From a virus (Duplodnaviria > Heunggongvirae > Uroviricota > Caudoviricetes): 64,000 nucleotides of DNA. How positions within the stretch are numbered: position 1 is the stretch's first letter; the number at the start of each line of letters is the position of its first letter. The notes beneath the pieces are model-generated. The model saw only the letters and a program-made list of their open reading frames with translations. It made no database searches and had not been told where the DNA came from. A program made the translations under genes and the position numbers. Shown one piece after another: positions 17,422-25,891 of the stretch. Location of the stretch: the IMG/VR virus record IMGVR_UViG_3300035670_000056, positions 1 to 64,000 of that record. One strand, 5' to 3'.

Positions 17422-18603
17422 ATGATCGGTACAAATGAAAAGACAATTAAGTCCACAACTGAAAACTGGGAACTCTCCAATGTAAAGAAGTTTCTCGATA
17501 GCGTCTTTATCGACGATAGTTTTCAAAGTCCTGCACGTTGGGACGGTGCAAAGTCACGCAGTTATCTTGATTCGCTATTTAAGGGAATCGCTCCAAGCAA
17601 GTTTATTTTTGCTGATGTAGTTGAATGCCGGAAGAATTCACTGTCAACGGAAGATATCAACTATTATTCCGATTGGCTTTCCGAGGGAGCTAACTATCTT
17701 AACCTTGATAGCAACAACCGTTTTACTACCCTACGATTGTTGTTTACTAACCAACTGGAATTGCGTGCTGGAACATATTGTGACAATCTAGGCAATAAGT
17801 TTACTATCAAGCGTGAACAGCGGTGGGCTGATCTAAACGAATCAGTTAAGGATTTTATTCTTACTCGTACAATTACACTGGAAGTGTATACCAAGGCTAC
17901 TCGTTCACAGTTGAGTGACATTTTCATCGCTGTAAATAGTGGATGTGAATTGAACGCTGCTGAAAAGCGTAACGCTATTATTAGTCCCATCTCAAAGATT
18001 TGTCGGGAATTGGGTGAGAACTATTACAAGAATTTCAGCACCCGTAGTTGGATTCTTTCAATCTTTTCAGAACAGGATTATAACCGTCGTAAGATTGACT
18101 CACAGTTTGCTGGTATGGCATTCTTCCATAGTTTTGGATTCAAGAAGAACATCAGTGACGGTATTCTTTATAGTGAATATGAAACTGGCTCTGAGCTAAA
18201 TAGCAAGTCAAATTGTTTTAAGAATGACGTAGATGAATTCTTTAATACGTGGGTTGCTCCAAATGAAGATATCTTCAAGGAAAGTATGAAGCTAAGTAAG
18301 CAAACTGTGTTTGACTTGTTTGTGTTTTATCACCGTCATCGTAATCAGATCAAGGATGTGAATATGTTTCTGAAAAAGTTTGTGGAAATCAACACTCTTT
18401 TGAAGAAGAATCCTGAAGCTGACCACAAGGTTGGCGACAAAAAGATGACATACGCAGCGTTGCTCCGTGGTCGTGAAACCCCAAAGTGTCAGAAGCGATA
18501 TGAACTGTTGGCCAATGGATTGGTTAAGTCAAAGGTAATGACAGACGAAAACGTAACAGCAGTTTATAAGTATAAAACAAAAATCAATACAGTGTCAGCT
18601 TAA
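17422..18603 (+). CDS. DUF262 (ParB/Srx-like)-related protein with a degenerate DGQQR box
   Basis: ARWDG...YLNLDSNNRFTTLRLLF matches the layout of the DUF262 QR...W...DGQQRLTTL region, but reads DSNNR. SD-like AAAGGAAAA lies upstream. Confidence 0.35.
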   Translation: MIGTNEKTIKSTTENWELSNVKKFLDSVFIDDSFQSPARWDGAKSRSYLDSLFKGIAPSKFIFADVVECRKNSLSTEDINYYSDWLSEGANYLNLDSNNRFTTLRLLFTNQLELRAGTYCDNLGNKFTIKREQRWADLNESVKDFILTRTITLEVYTKATRSQLSDIFIAVNSGCELNAAEKRNAIISPISKICRELGENYYKNFSTRSWILSIFSEQDYNRRKIDSQFAGMAFFHSFGFKKNISDGILYSEYETGSELNSKSNCFKNDVDEFFNTWVAPNEDIFKESMKLSKQTVFDLFVFYHRHRNQIKDVNMFLKKFVEINTLLKKNPEADHKVGDKKMTYAALLRGRETPKCQKRYELLANGLVKSKVMTDENVTAVYKYKTKINTVSA

Positions 18604-18612
18604 ACCACACCA

Positions 18613-18650
18613 AAGTCAAGGACGATGAAAATCTCCTTGACTTTTTTCTT
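18613..18650 (+). terminator. Rho-independent terminator
   Basis: GTCAAGGAcgatgaaaatcTCCTTGAC followed by TTTTTTCTTG. Confidence 0.65.
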
Positions 18651-18666
18651 GCGCCGTGGTAATATT
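18638..18666 (+). promoter_or_regulatory. Sigma70-like promoter (TTGACT-17-GCCGTGGTAATAT)
   Basis: -35 at 18638-43 overlaps the terminator's right arm; -10 at 18661-66; ATG at 18676. Confidence 0.5.
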
Positions 18667-18675
18667 ATAAAAGAT

Positions 18676-19767
18676 ATGAAACTACCTATGTTATTCGCTC
18701 GTACCAATACGGGTGCTATTCAAACTTGGACCATTGAAATTAGTGGTAACAAATATCGTACACATTATGGACAAGTTGATGGGGCTCTCCAGACAACTGA
18801 ATGGACCATTTGTGAGGGTAAAAATACTGGCAAGAAGAATGCTACTTCTGCCGAAGATCAAGCTACAAAAGAAGCCAAAGCCACTTGGAAGAAAAAGAAA
18901 GAAAGTGGTTATGTTGAAAATATAACCAAGATTGATGAAATCTCTTTCACCGAACCTATGTTGGCAAAGAACTATGATGACTACAAAGATGACTTGAAGT
19001 ATCCTGTTTATAGCCAACCTAAGTTGGATGGTATTCGTTGCGTTGTAAAGCGTGATGGTATGTGGAGTCGTAATGGTAAAGCCATTATTTCAGCTCCCCA
19101 TGTACTAGTTGCATTGAAACCATTCTTTGATAGGTTTCCAGATGCAATTCTTGATGGTGAATTGTATGCTGATAAGTTTGCCAATGACTTTAATGCTATT
19201 TGTAGTTTGGTAAAGAAGACTAAACCTACCGTTGAAGATTTGGCTGAGAGTGAAAAGAATATTCAATACTGGATATATGACTGGATTTTACCGAAGACTT
19301 TTGGTGACCGTAATAGTGACATTACTACTTATATTGTTAATAACAATGTGGTTCGTCGTGTTCCGACTCACCTTGTGGACACGATTACACATTTAAATGA
19401 GTTGTATGAAAAGTATGTTGACGAAGGATACGAAGGTCAGATGGTTCGTACTGACGGACCTTATGAAAACAAGCGTAGCAAACACCTCCTCAAGCGTAAA
19501 GAGTTTCAGGATTCTGAATTCAAAATTCTTGACATTGTTGAGGGTGTAGGAAACAAGAGCGGTATGGCTGGTCATATGGTATTCAAGAACCACAAGGGTA
19601 TTGAGTTCCATAGCAACATTAAGGGTGACCGTGAATATTTAAAGGATCTTCTAAAGAACAAGAATAAGTATATTGGAAAGAGTGCTACGGTGAAGTATTT
19701 TAATCTTACACCAGATGATGAAATTCCACGTTTCCCTTATACAATTGCTATTCGGGATTATGAATAA
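18676..19767 (+). CDS. ATP-dependent DNA ligase
   Basis: Motif I QPKLDGIRC (KxDGxR), motif-V-like GYEGQMVRT...KRSKHLLKRKEF, and an OB-like C-terminal region. The track start at 18625 lies inside the terminator, so the Met at 18676 is used. Confidence 0.65.
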   Translation: MKLPMLFARTNTGAIQTWTIEISGNKYRTHYGQVDGALQTTEWTICEGKNTGKKNATSAEDQATKEAKATWKKKKESGYVENITKIDEISFTEPMLAKNYDDYKDDLKYPVYSQPKLDGIRCVVKRDGMWSRNGKAIISAPHVLVALKPFFDRFPDAILDGELYADKFANDFNAICSLVKKTKPTVEDLAESEKNIQYWIYDWILPKTFGDRNSDITTYIVNNNVVRRVPTHLVDTITHLNELYEKYVDEGYEGQMVRTDGPYENKRSKHLLKRKEFQDSEFKILDIVEGVGNKSGMAGHMVFKNHKGIEFHSNIKGDREYLKDLLKNKNKYIGKSATVKYFNLTPDDEIPRFPYTIAIRDYE

Positions 19768-20458
19768 GAATCCAATTTTTTACAGATTTAATTCTTTTCA
19801 TACAAAGAGCCCAAACATTACTTCTATATAAATTATATTTTGTATATAACTCATTCATTGTACAATGCTCTGTAATATTTGTTTTTCTATTATAAAATGT
19901 ATATTTCATTGAATTGTACAATGGATGATTTTTTCCAAGTCTGGTTTCTTTAAATTCAATATTAGCCCATTGTTTTTTAGAAATATCACTGGCAATCTTT
20001 CTATTCTTTGGATTTTTAAAAAAATTAATTCTACCCAATCTAATTTTTTCAATGCTATGGATACTGTGATCACCTCCACAAGATTCAAAATTTAAATTGT
20101 AATTATTATTTTGATTAGACTTTGCTATGTCTAAATATTTTTGTTCTACATCTTTTAAATTTTCAACTAAACATTTTTCTATTATAACAAATTCAAAATT
20201 TATTTCACCGTGTAAATTGAAAGCGTTTTGAAGATAGTCGTTTATATGTTTATTGTGTCTAAGAAGGGATTTATGTTTTCTCCATCTTTTGTAGATATTT
20301 TTACTACTTCCTACATAATATTTATTATCAATCTTGTTTATTATTTTGTAAATTCCGCTTATTTTCCCAATATTTCTGCATTGACTTTTCATTGAGTCTT
20401 TGTTTGTGTCGTTGATAATATTTTTTTGCACGATTTCGTTGTTGTTCAAGTAGTTCAT
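19748..20458 (-). CDS. GIY-YIG homing endonuclease
   Basis: GIYKIINKIDNKYYVGSS...KRWRKH GIY-YIG motif. Convergent with, and overlapping, the 3' end of the DNA ligase gene. Confidence 0.65.
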   Translation of the reverse strand: MNYLNNNEIVQKNIINDTNKDSMKSQCRNIGKISGIYKIINKIDNKYYVGSSKNIYKRWRKHKSLLRHNKHINDYLQNAFNLHGEINFEFVIIEKCLVENLKDVEQKYLDIAKSNQNNNYNLNFESCGGDHSIHSIEKIRLGRINFFKNPKNRKIASDISKKQWANIEFKETRLGKNHPLYNSMKYTFYNRKTNITEHCTMNELYTKYNLYRSNVWALCMKRIKSVKNWILIHNPE

Positions 20459-20534
20459 CTTTTGTTCTATTTAATTTTTTTCTTCCCATAACAATAATAA
20501 ATAGTTTGTCATAGAATAAATTGTCAAAAAAATA

Positions 20535-20562
20535 TTGACATCAACCATTTTTGTTGTATCAT
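20535..20562 (+). promoter_or_regulatory. Sigma70-like promoter (TTGACA-16-TATCAT) inside the imperfect palindrome TTGTCAAaaaaatatTGACA
   Basis: -35 at 20535-40, -10 at 20557-62, ATG at 20569. Confidence 0.45.
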
Positions 20563-20568
20563 AAATTT

Positions 20569-20754
20569 ATGAATAAAACAAAATCAGTTAGAATTGTACT
20601 GGACATTGAATGGGAATGCGCAGATGATAGTGATCTTCCATCATTGTGGGATTGGAAACGTATCAAAATTCCTATGGATTTGACCAAGGTAAAGTATGTT
20701 GGTATCCAACAATCAAATGGACCTGAGAATGTAACAAATTGGATGGAAAATTAA
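20569..20754 (+). CDS. Small hypothetical protein
   Basis: Internal Met of ORF 20551..20754. Confidence 0.35.
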   Translation: MNKTKSVRIVLDIEWECADDSDLPSLWDWKRIKIPMDLTKVKYVGIQQSNGPENVTNWMEN

Positions 20755-20948
20755 ATTATATGACTAATGTAAAAAAAGCAGATATTGTTGACTGGCTTAA
20801 AAACGTAGTGGAAAAAAAGATGGTTAGGGAACTAAATATTCCTAATGCTAAGGTATATCTTAGCTGTGACCGTCCACATCCAGATGTAATTCTTGAAACC
20901 AAGAATGCTGATGGTGATCTACAAATTGTACGGTTTCTGATCATATGA
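20739..20948 (+). CDS. Small hypothetical protein (69 aa)
   Basis: ORF track. Confidence 0.35.
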   Translation: MDGKLNYMTNVKKADIVDWLKNVVEKKMVRELNIPNAKVYLSCDRPHPDVILETKNADGDLQIVRFLII

Positions 20949-21183
20949 ATGATACGTGGATTTTTTATTCTTACAAAAGATGACAACCAATAAATTTTTC
21001 TTGACATTGGCTAGAACTATTGACCACCGTGTAGGTCATACAGATGAATGCAAGCCTGATGTGCCTGTGTTGCCTGTAAATTATGCTCTTGCTAGTTTTC
21101 TCTTGAGGTTTATCATTGTTCTGGTAAACTTTATTACGTGTGGATTTATTATATCAAATATTATTCACCACTGGTAAAAAATT

Positions 21184-21786
21184 ATGAATAAAAAAAATAA
21201 AAAAGCTAATAACATTGGTACAGCTATGCATACTGTATCTTATTTGTCTCAACCATATATCAAGAGTGACTATAAGAAACCGTTGACTCTTCAAGAAATC
21301 ATAGAGAATCAAGAAAAACATATAATGTTGATTCCAAGATCTGAAGAGGATCAAGAATATATTAAAAAACTTGAATCATTGATTATAAAGGATATTCCAA
21401 ATGATATAGTATTAGAAAAATTTGAAGACTACTATGTTAAACATAACCCCACAGGTTGTGGTTCAATTAGAATAGGCAAATCAGAGTCAGTTGAATATTT
21501 TTATGGAGATAAACTAAAAACTGAACCACTTACTTGTGATGAAAAGTTGAATTTAATGTGTCATTGTCATAACTGTGACAGTTTCTTTCCACTAAGAAAT
21601 CTTAAGTGGGTTGATCATCCAATTATACGAGAGTCAGATCAAAAACCAGTAGAATACTATGATAGTATGACACCAATGTGTGCTAAATATCCAATATGTC
21701 CGTCTTCTTGGTCATGTTTTGATATACACGTTTTGAACAAACAATATTCTTTAGAAGATCATAAAAAAGGAAAGTATGACCAATAA
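21184..21786 (+). CDS. Cysteine/histidine-rich hypothetical protein (200 aa)
   Basis: CGS, CDEKLNLMCHCHNCD, CAKYPICPSSWSC. Confidence 0.4.
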   Translation: MNKKNKKANNIGTAMHTVSYLSQPYIKSDYKKPLTLQEIIENQEKHIMLIPRSEEDQEYIKKLESLIIKDIPNDIVLEKFEDYYVKHNPTGCGSIRIGKSESVEYFYGDKLKTEPLTCDEKLNLMCHCHNCDSFFPLRNLKWVDHPIIRESDQKPVEYYDSMTPMCAKYPICPSSWSCFDIHVLNKQYSLEDHKKGKYDQ

Positions 21787-21970
21787 TCCAAAATATTACT
21801 TAACAGTAAATCTACCACCAAACTTTGATAATGTAGATGCAGAAGCCATTAAAACAGATTTAATGGCTTATATTAACAGCAAGAATCAATATGGAGCTAT
21901 GTATGGTCCCAAGTCACATAAAAAGGGAATTACAATTGATAAAGTAATTTATAGAACCAATGAAGACTAA
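21776..21970 (+). CDS. Small hypothetical protein
   Basis: ORF track. Confidence 0.3.
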   Translation: MTNNPKYYLTVNLPPNFDNVDAEAIKTDLMAYINSKNQYGAMYGPKSHKKGITIDKVIYRTNED

Positions 21971-22199
21971 CAAAATAGTAATTGATAGACTACGAGAATT
22001 TACACAAAAAAATTGTAATACCACAATTGATCCCAAGTTGTGTGAAGATATTCGTTATCTATGTGACGAAGTGGAACGATTTGGTCGTGAGATTGTAAAA
22101 GCTAATGATCATATGGATGAAGATTTTATCACAATTCAAAGATACAAAAACAAGTTGGAACGATGTCAAGCTAAACTAAGTAATTATGAACCGTTTTAA
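21960..22199 (+). CDS. Small hypothetical protein
   Basis: ORF track. Confidence 0.3.
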   Translation: MKTNKIVIDRLREFTQKNCNTTIDPKLCEDIRYLCDEVERFGREIVKANDHMDEDFITIQRYKNKLERCQAKLSNYEPF

Positions 22200-22410
22200 T
22201 AAAATTATGTTGGGTGGTCTTGCAGCAATTCTATTGACTGCTATGACAGTAGAACCACCGAAGATTAAGTTATATCTAATCACCTCATATAGAGGAAATG
22301 ATCTGATAATTGAAAAGATATATTTAAAAAAAGAAAATGCTGAAAAATACCGTGATATGTTCAAAGACAGTCATAATTATACAGTAGAAGAACGTGAGTT
22401 AACAGAATGA
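22186..22410 (+). CDS. Small protein with N-terminal hydrophobic segment
   Basis: MNRFNKIMLGGLAAILLTAMT. Confidence 0.3.
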   Translation: MNRFNKIMLGGLAAILLTAMTVEPPKIKLYLITSYRGNDLIIEKIYLKKENAEKYRDMFKDSHNYTVEERELTE

Positions 22411-22655
22411 AGAAACTATTGATTATTGCATTGTTGTCTACTGGATGCACCAGTGGAATGTTGTTGAGATACAGTTATAATAAAGCACTAGAAACACTAC
22501 CACCTTGTAGTAGAGTGCATGCTATCAATAACAACTATATTACTTATAGTATGATTGAAACCTCTACAAATAATGTATACACCACATATACAAATTATTA
22601 CAGAGCTTATTACAATTGTGACGGTAAAATTATCAAAACCACACCCAACAAATAA
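22407..22655 (+). CDS. Small putative lipoprotein
   Basis: MKKLLIIALLSTGC lipobox. Confidence 0.35.
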   Translation: MKKLLIIALLSTGCTSGMLLRYSYNKALETLPPCSRVHAINNNYITYSMIETSTNNVYTTYTNYYRAYYNCDGKIIKTTPNK

Positions 22656-22864
22656 TGCAAGAACAAATCGATACTATTATTAAGGATTATACAGAAAAGA
22701 TGAGGGGGGTAGATAATACCAAAAGTATACCTATGGTAGTAAAAGAATTGGATGGTATAGTGTATAGTATGTACAGAGAACTATATGGTTTAAGAGATAT
22801 TAGACACAACAACTATTATTTGAATAGTTTTGTTGCGGATGATAAAAAAGGTCATTGTTGTTAA
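22655..22864 (+). CDS. Small hypothetical protein
   Basis: ORF track. Confidence 0.3.
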   Translation: MQEQIDTIIKDYTEKMRGVDNTKSIPMVVKELDGIVYSMYRELYGLRDIRHNNYYLNSFVADDKKGHCC

Positions 22865-23148
22865 TTATGAAAAAGAAACAAACTCCAGTATGTCAGAAAG
22901 TGGAACTAGACAATTGTTTTAGTTGCAAAGTTGTTGCTGGCAAACCACACAAGAAAAAGTGTGACATTGAAAGATGTAGTGTATGTGGTGGTCAAAAGTT
23001 AGGATGTGAGTGTGTTGACCACGATAAACAATTTGCTAGATGGACTGGCTTTTGGCCTGGGGAATTGGAATGTAAATCCTTGAATATGGATTTAAATACT
23101 TTTTATATTACTGGAATGCATAAGATATTCTTTGTCAAACCACAATAA
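22855..23148 (+). CDS. Cys-rich zinc-finger-like small protein
   Basis: CQKVELDNCFSC...CDIERCSVCGG...CEC. Confidence 0.35.
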   Translation: MLLIMKKKQTPVCQKVELDNCFSCKVVAGKPHKKKCDIERCSVCGGQKLGCECVDHDKQFARWTGFWPGELECKSLNMDLNTFYITGMHKIFFVKPQ

Positions 23149-23153
23149 ATTAT

Positions 23154-23417
23154 ATGGCTACAAAAATTACAGAACACAATGAACTAATTGCTACCAGAGT
23201 ACCACCTGGCGACAGATGGACTCTTGTCAATGATACCCGCAAAATAATTCATCCAAGTATCACTGAAGCGCTTGAATCTTATTTCAAAGAAACCAAGATC
23301 AAGTGTGAGTATAGATTGGCCCCACTAGATAGCAAATTGTATGCTATTAAGATGATTGAGGAAGAAATACTACCTCAACCACCCAAGGGCTTTAATATTT
23401 ACGGCGATCCCGTTTAA
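23154..23417 (+). CDS. Hypothetical protein (87 aa); last plus-strand gene before the strand switch
   Basis: ORF track. Confidence 0.35.
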   Translation: MATKITEHNELIATRVPPGDRWTLVNDTRKIIHPSITEALESYFKETKIKCEYRLAPLDSKLYAIKMIEEEILPQPPKGFNIYGDPV

Positions 23418-23608
23418 ATGATTTCACTATTACTGACGGGGGGGCTAGTAAAATCACCAGTTGTTTGTTGTGACTGAGATTGTATACGATTGGTGATTTC
23501 TTGATTCAAAAGTCGAATGTTATTTTGTGCCAATTCGATTTTTGCAAGTTCATCGTATGCCAAACTTTTCAATTCAACCACGGTAAAATCAGATATTTGT
23601 TTTTGCAT
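23414..23608 (-). CDS. Small coiled-coil protein, paralogue 1
   Basis: VVELKSLAYDELAKIELAQNNIRLLNQEITNR resembles its neighbour. Confidence 0.35.
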   Translation of the reverse strand: MQKQISDFTVVELKSLAYDELAKIELAQNNIRLLNQEITNRIQSQSQQTTGDFTSPPVSNSEII

Positions 23609-23618
23609 ATAACTTATA

Positions 23619-23807
23619 TTATTGTTTTGTTGCAGTTGTTACTGGTGACGCATTTTCCACACCTTGTTGTTGACGGGCAGAAAGTTCTTGGTTGATAATT
23701 CTCAAATTGTTTTGTGAAAAGTTTAACTTAACAACTTCGTCGTAAGCAAAAGCTTTCAATTCAACTAATGTGAGATCTGATAAATTAATTTGTTTTTGTT
23801 CTTCCAT
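23619..23807 (-). CDS. Small coiled-coil protein, paralogue 2
   Basis: LVELKAFAYDEVVKLNFSQNNLRIINQELSAR. Confidence 0.35.
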   Translation of the reverse strand: MEEQKQINLSDLTLVELKAFAYDEVVKLNFSQNNLRIINQELSARQQQGVENASPVTTATKQ

Positions 23808-23870
23808 ATGTTTATAACTTTGTTAAATAACTAGAACACTACTACTCAATAGTTATTATTTTAATTGTTG

Positions 23871-24248
23871 TCAATTACCCATAGAACCTGTTGTTACCCA
23901 AGGCAATGGAGGTTGTACAACAGGTGGATTTATTTGATTGTATAAACTAGATATAGCACCCGCTTCAATATTAGCTTTGCTACCACTACCCATACTATCA
24001 AATGTCCATCCCAATACCACATTCTCAGTCAATTGATCATATGGTATAAATGATGAACCACTGTGGTATTGTACACCTGTGGTACCGTATAATCTACTGT
24101 TATATACACTGCCACTCAAACTGCCCGTACCAACTACGATGTTGCCTAAACAGTCCCAGTGTACAGTAAATACAACGTCGGTTTCTTGATCATATTTTGG
24201 GTAACAGTCTAGGTTTGTTACTTTCCAAGTAATTGTTGGTTGATTCAT
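23871..24248 (-). CDS. Hypothetical structural-region protein (125 aa)
   Basis: ORF track. Confidence 0.45.
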   Translation of the reverse strand: MNQPTITWKVTNLDCYPKYDQETDVVFTVHWDCLGNIVVGTGSLSGSVYNSRLYGTTGVQYHSGSSFIPYDQLTENVVLGWTFDSMGSGSKANIEAGAISSLYNQINPPVVQPPLPWVTTGSMGN

Positions 24249-24253
24249 ATTTT

Positions 24254-24583
24254 TTAAGCTTGATATCTGCTATCAGTTTGTTTCCAATTTGGTACTTTGT
24301 TTTCCCAATAATCAATTCGTTCTTGTACTTTGTTCCAATCTTCAGGTGCTCTCAAATATTCAATGCTACCTTCGATTGTGGTTACTGTCCCATTTTCATC
24401 TGTATCTTCATAAGATGGTGTGGGTATTACAACAGTAGGAAATGCGCTGATATAAGGAAATGCTAGACGAACTTTTAATCCATCGTCTTCTAATACAGTA
24501 ACGTCGTTTCTGTTACCATATGCAGCAACAAATTCTCTACTCGCTTTGTCGTGAATATTATGTATTATTATTGTGTCTTTCAT
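24254..24583 (-). CDS. Hypothetical structural-region protein (109 aa)
   Basis: ORF track. Confidence 0.45.
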   Translation of the reverse strand: MKDTIIIHNIHDKASREFVAAYGNRNDVTVLEDDGLKVRLAFPYISAFPTVVIPTPSYEDTDENGTVTTIEGSIEYLRAPEDWNKVQERIDYWENKVPNWKQTDSRYQA

Positions 24584-24628
24584 AGTCTATTATAAATATT
24601 GTTATATATCAAAAATCTTTTTTTATTT

Positions 24629-25885
24629 TTAAACGTGTACTTTTCTAACACGAAGTGAGCCTGCACCACCTGAACCTCCAACTCCGCCGCCACCTGGACC
24701 ATTCGACCCACCGGCTCCACCATTTGCAACTATAGTTCCCGTATTTGAATATGTGTCACCATATATTATTAAAATGCACCCACCACCACTACCACCACCA
24801 CCACCACCAGCTTGAGGTCCAAAAGGAGCTTGATTTCCAAAACCACCAGATGAACCGTTCGCAGATATAGTACCGTTATTTGTAAAATTACCTCTAACTA
24901 TAAAAACAACGGTTCCACCCACTCCGGTACCTCCTAAACCTGATCCAGGAGTATTGGTACCTGCTGGATCACCCGCTCCGCCTCCTCCTTTTCCTGAATT
25001 CGGCTGATGTCCTGATCCGCCAGCTTCAAATAAACCAGCTGCACCACTACCTGCACTACCACCACCTCCTCCTCCGCCACCTCCTCCGCCTGAAAAAATA
25101 GTTCCACGACCACCAGCGCCGCCGGATCCGAAAGATGGTGGTCCTGGCTGGCCTGCTCCGCCGCCACCACCGCCGCCACAACAAAATATTCCAGCTGTAC
25201 CGGAATTTCCTGTACCATTGCCTGTAGTAGATCCTGCGCCACCAGCCACACTTCCACTCAATGGAATTCTTATCTTATAGTTGTTAAACCAAGCACTTCC
25301 ACTAGGCGCCCAATTCCAATGTGTAGGTATTCCATAACCACCAGCTGTACTTGATGAAAAATTATTAAAATATAATGTAGCATCAACCAAATCATATCTG
25401 GAATCAGTACTTGTTGCAATTCCAATAGGTGCAGCGATCCTTCTAACAACACCGCCGCCTTTGCCAGTCATACTTACAGTGCCATTAATAGTTAAATTGC
25501 CTGTGCAATATATAATCATTCCTCTACAAGCTCTTAACGGACTAAATAATACGCCGCTATTGATGGTTAAGTTTTGAAAGTTTTTTACAATTGTATCACC
25601 AAATTGAGTGGAAATATTATTTAATCCAGCAGGCGATGTGGATGAACTTATCTGTGCACTGCTGCTTATGGTTACACTACCGTCTTTGCCTGTACCAAAA
25701 TAATTACTATAACTATTTAAACTAGCTACAGCAAAGTTGTTGCTAAACATTTCATTGTGGGTACTTATTCTGACTTTAACATTACGTGAATCTAGTGCCA
25801 ACGTTGGATCTACCAATGGCAAAAAACAATCATAACTGTTTACGCCATTAACTAGTGTTGTTAAACTTGATATTTGTGTAGCCAT
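24629..25885 (-). CDS. Glycine-rich fibre-like protein, paralogue 1 of 5
   Basis: Conserved domain SSAQISSSTSPAGLNNIS...LTINSGVLFSPLRACRGMIIYCTGNLT followed by long GGxGG/SGG tracts. Confidence 0.6.
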   Translation of the reverse strand: MATQISSLTTLVNGVNSYDCFLPLVDPTLALDSRNVKVRISTHNEMFSNNFAVASLNSYSNYFGTGKDGSVTISSSAQISSSTSPAGLNNISTQFGDTIVKNFQNLTINSGVLFSPLRACRGMIIYCTGNLTINGTVSMTGKGGGVVRRIAAPIGIATSTDSRYDLVDATLYFNNFSSSTAGGYGIPTHWNWAPSGSAWFNNYKIRIPLSGSVAGGAGSTTGNGTGNSGTAGIFCCGGGGGGGAGQPGPPSFGSGGAGGRGTIFSGGGGGGGGGGGSAGSGAAGLFEAGGSGHQPNSGKGGGGAGDPAGTNTPGSGLGGTGVGGTVVFIVRGNFTNNGTISANGSSGGFGNQAPFGPQAGGGGGGSGGGCILIIYGDTYSNTGTIVANGGAGGSNGPGGGGVGGSGGAGSLRVRKVHV

Positions 25886-25891
25886 ATAATA

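Noticed and set aside
20521-20541. Imperfect palindrome TTGTCAAaaaaatatTGACA as a possible operator
   Set aside because: The right half is simply the -35 box of the 20535 promoter. A left-half TGTCAA could be chance. Kept as a note only.
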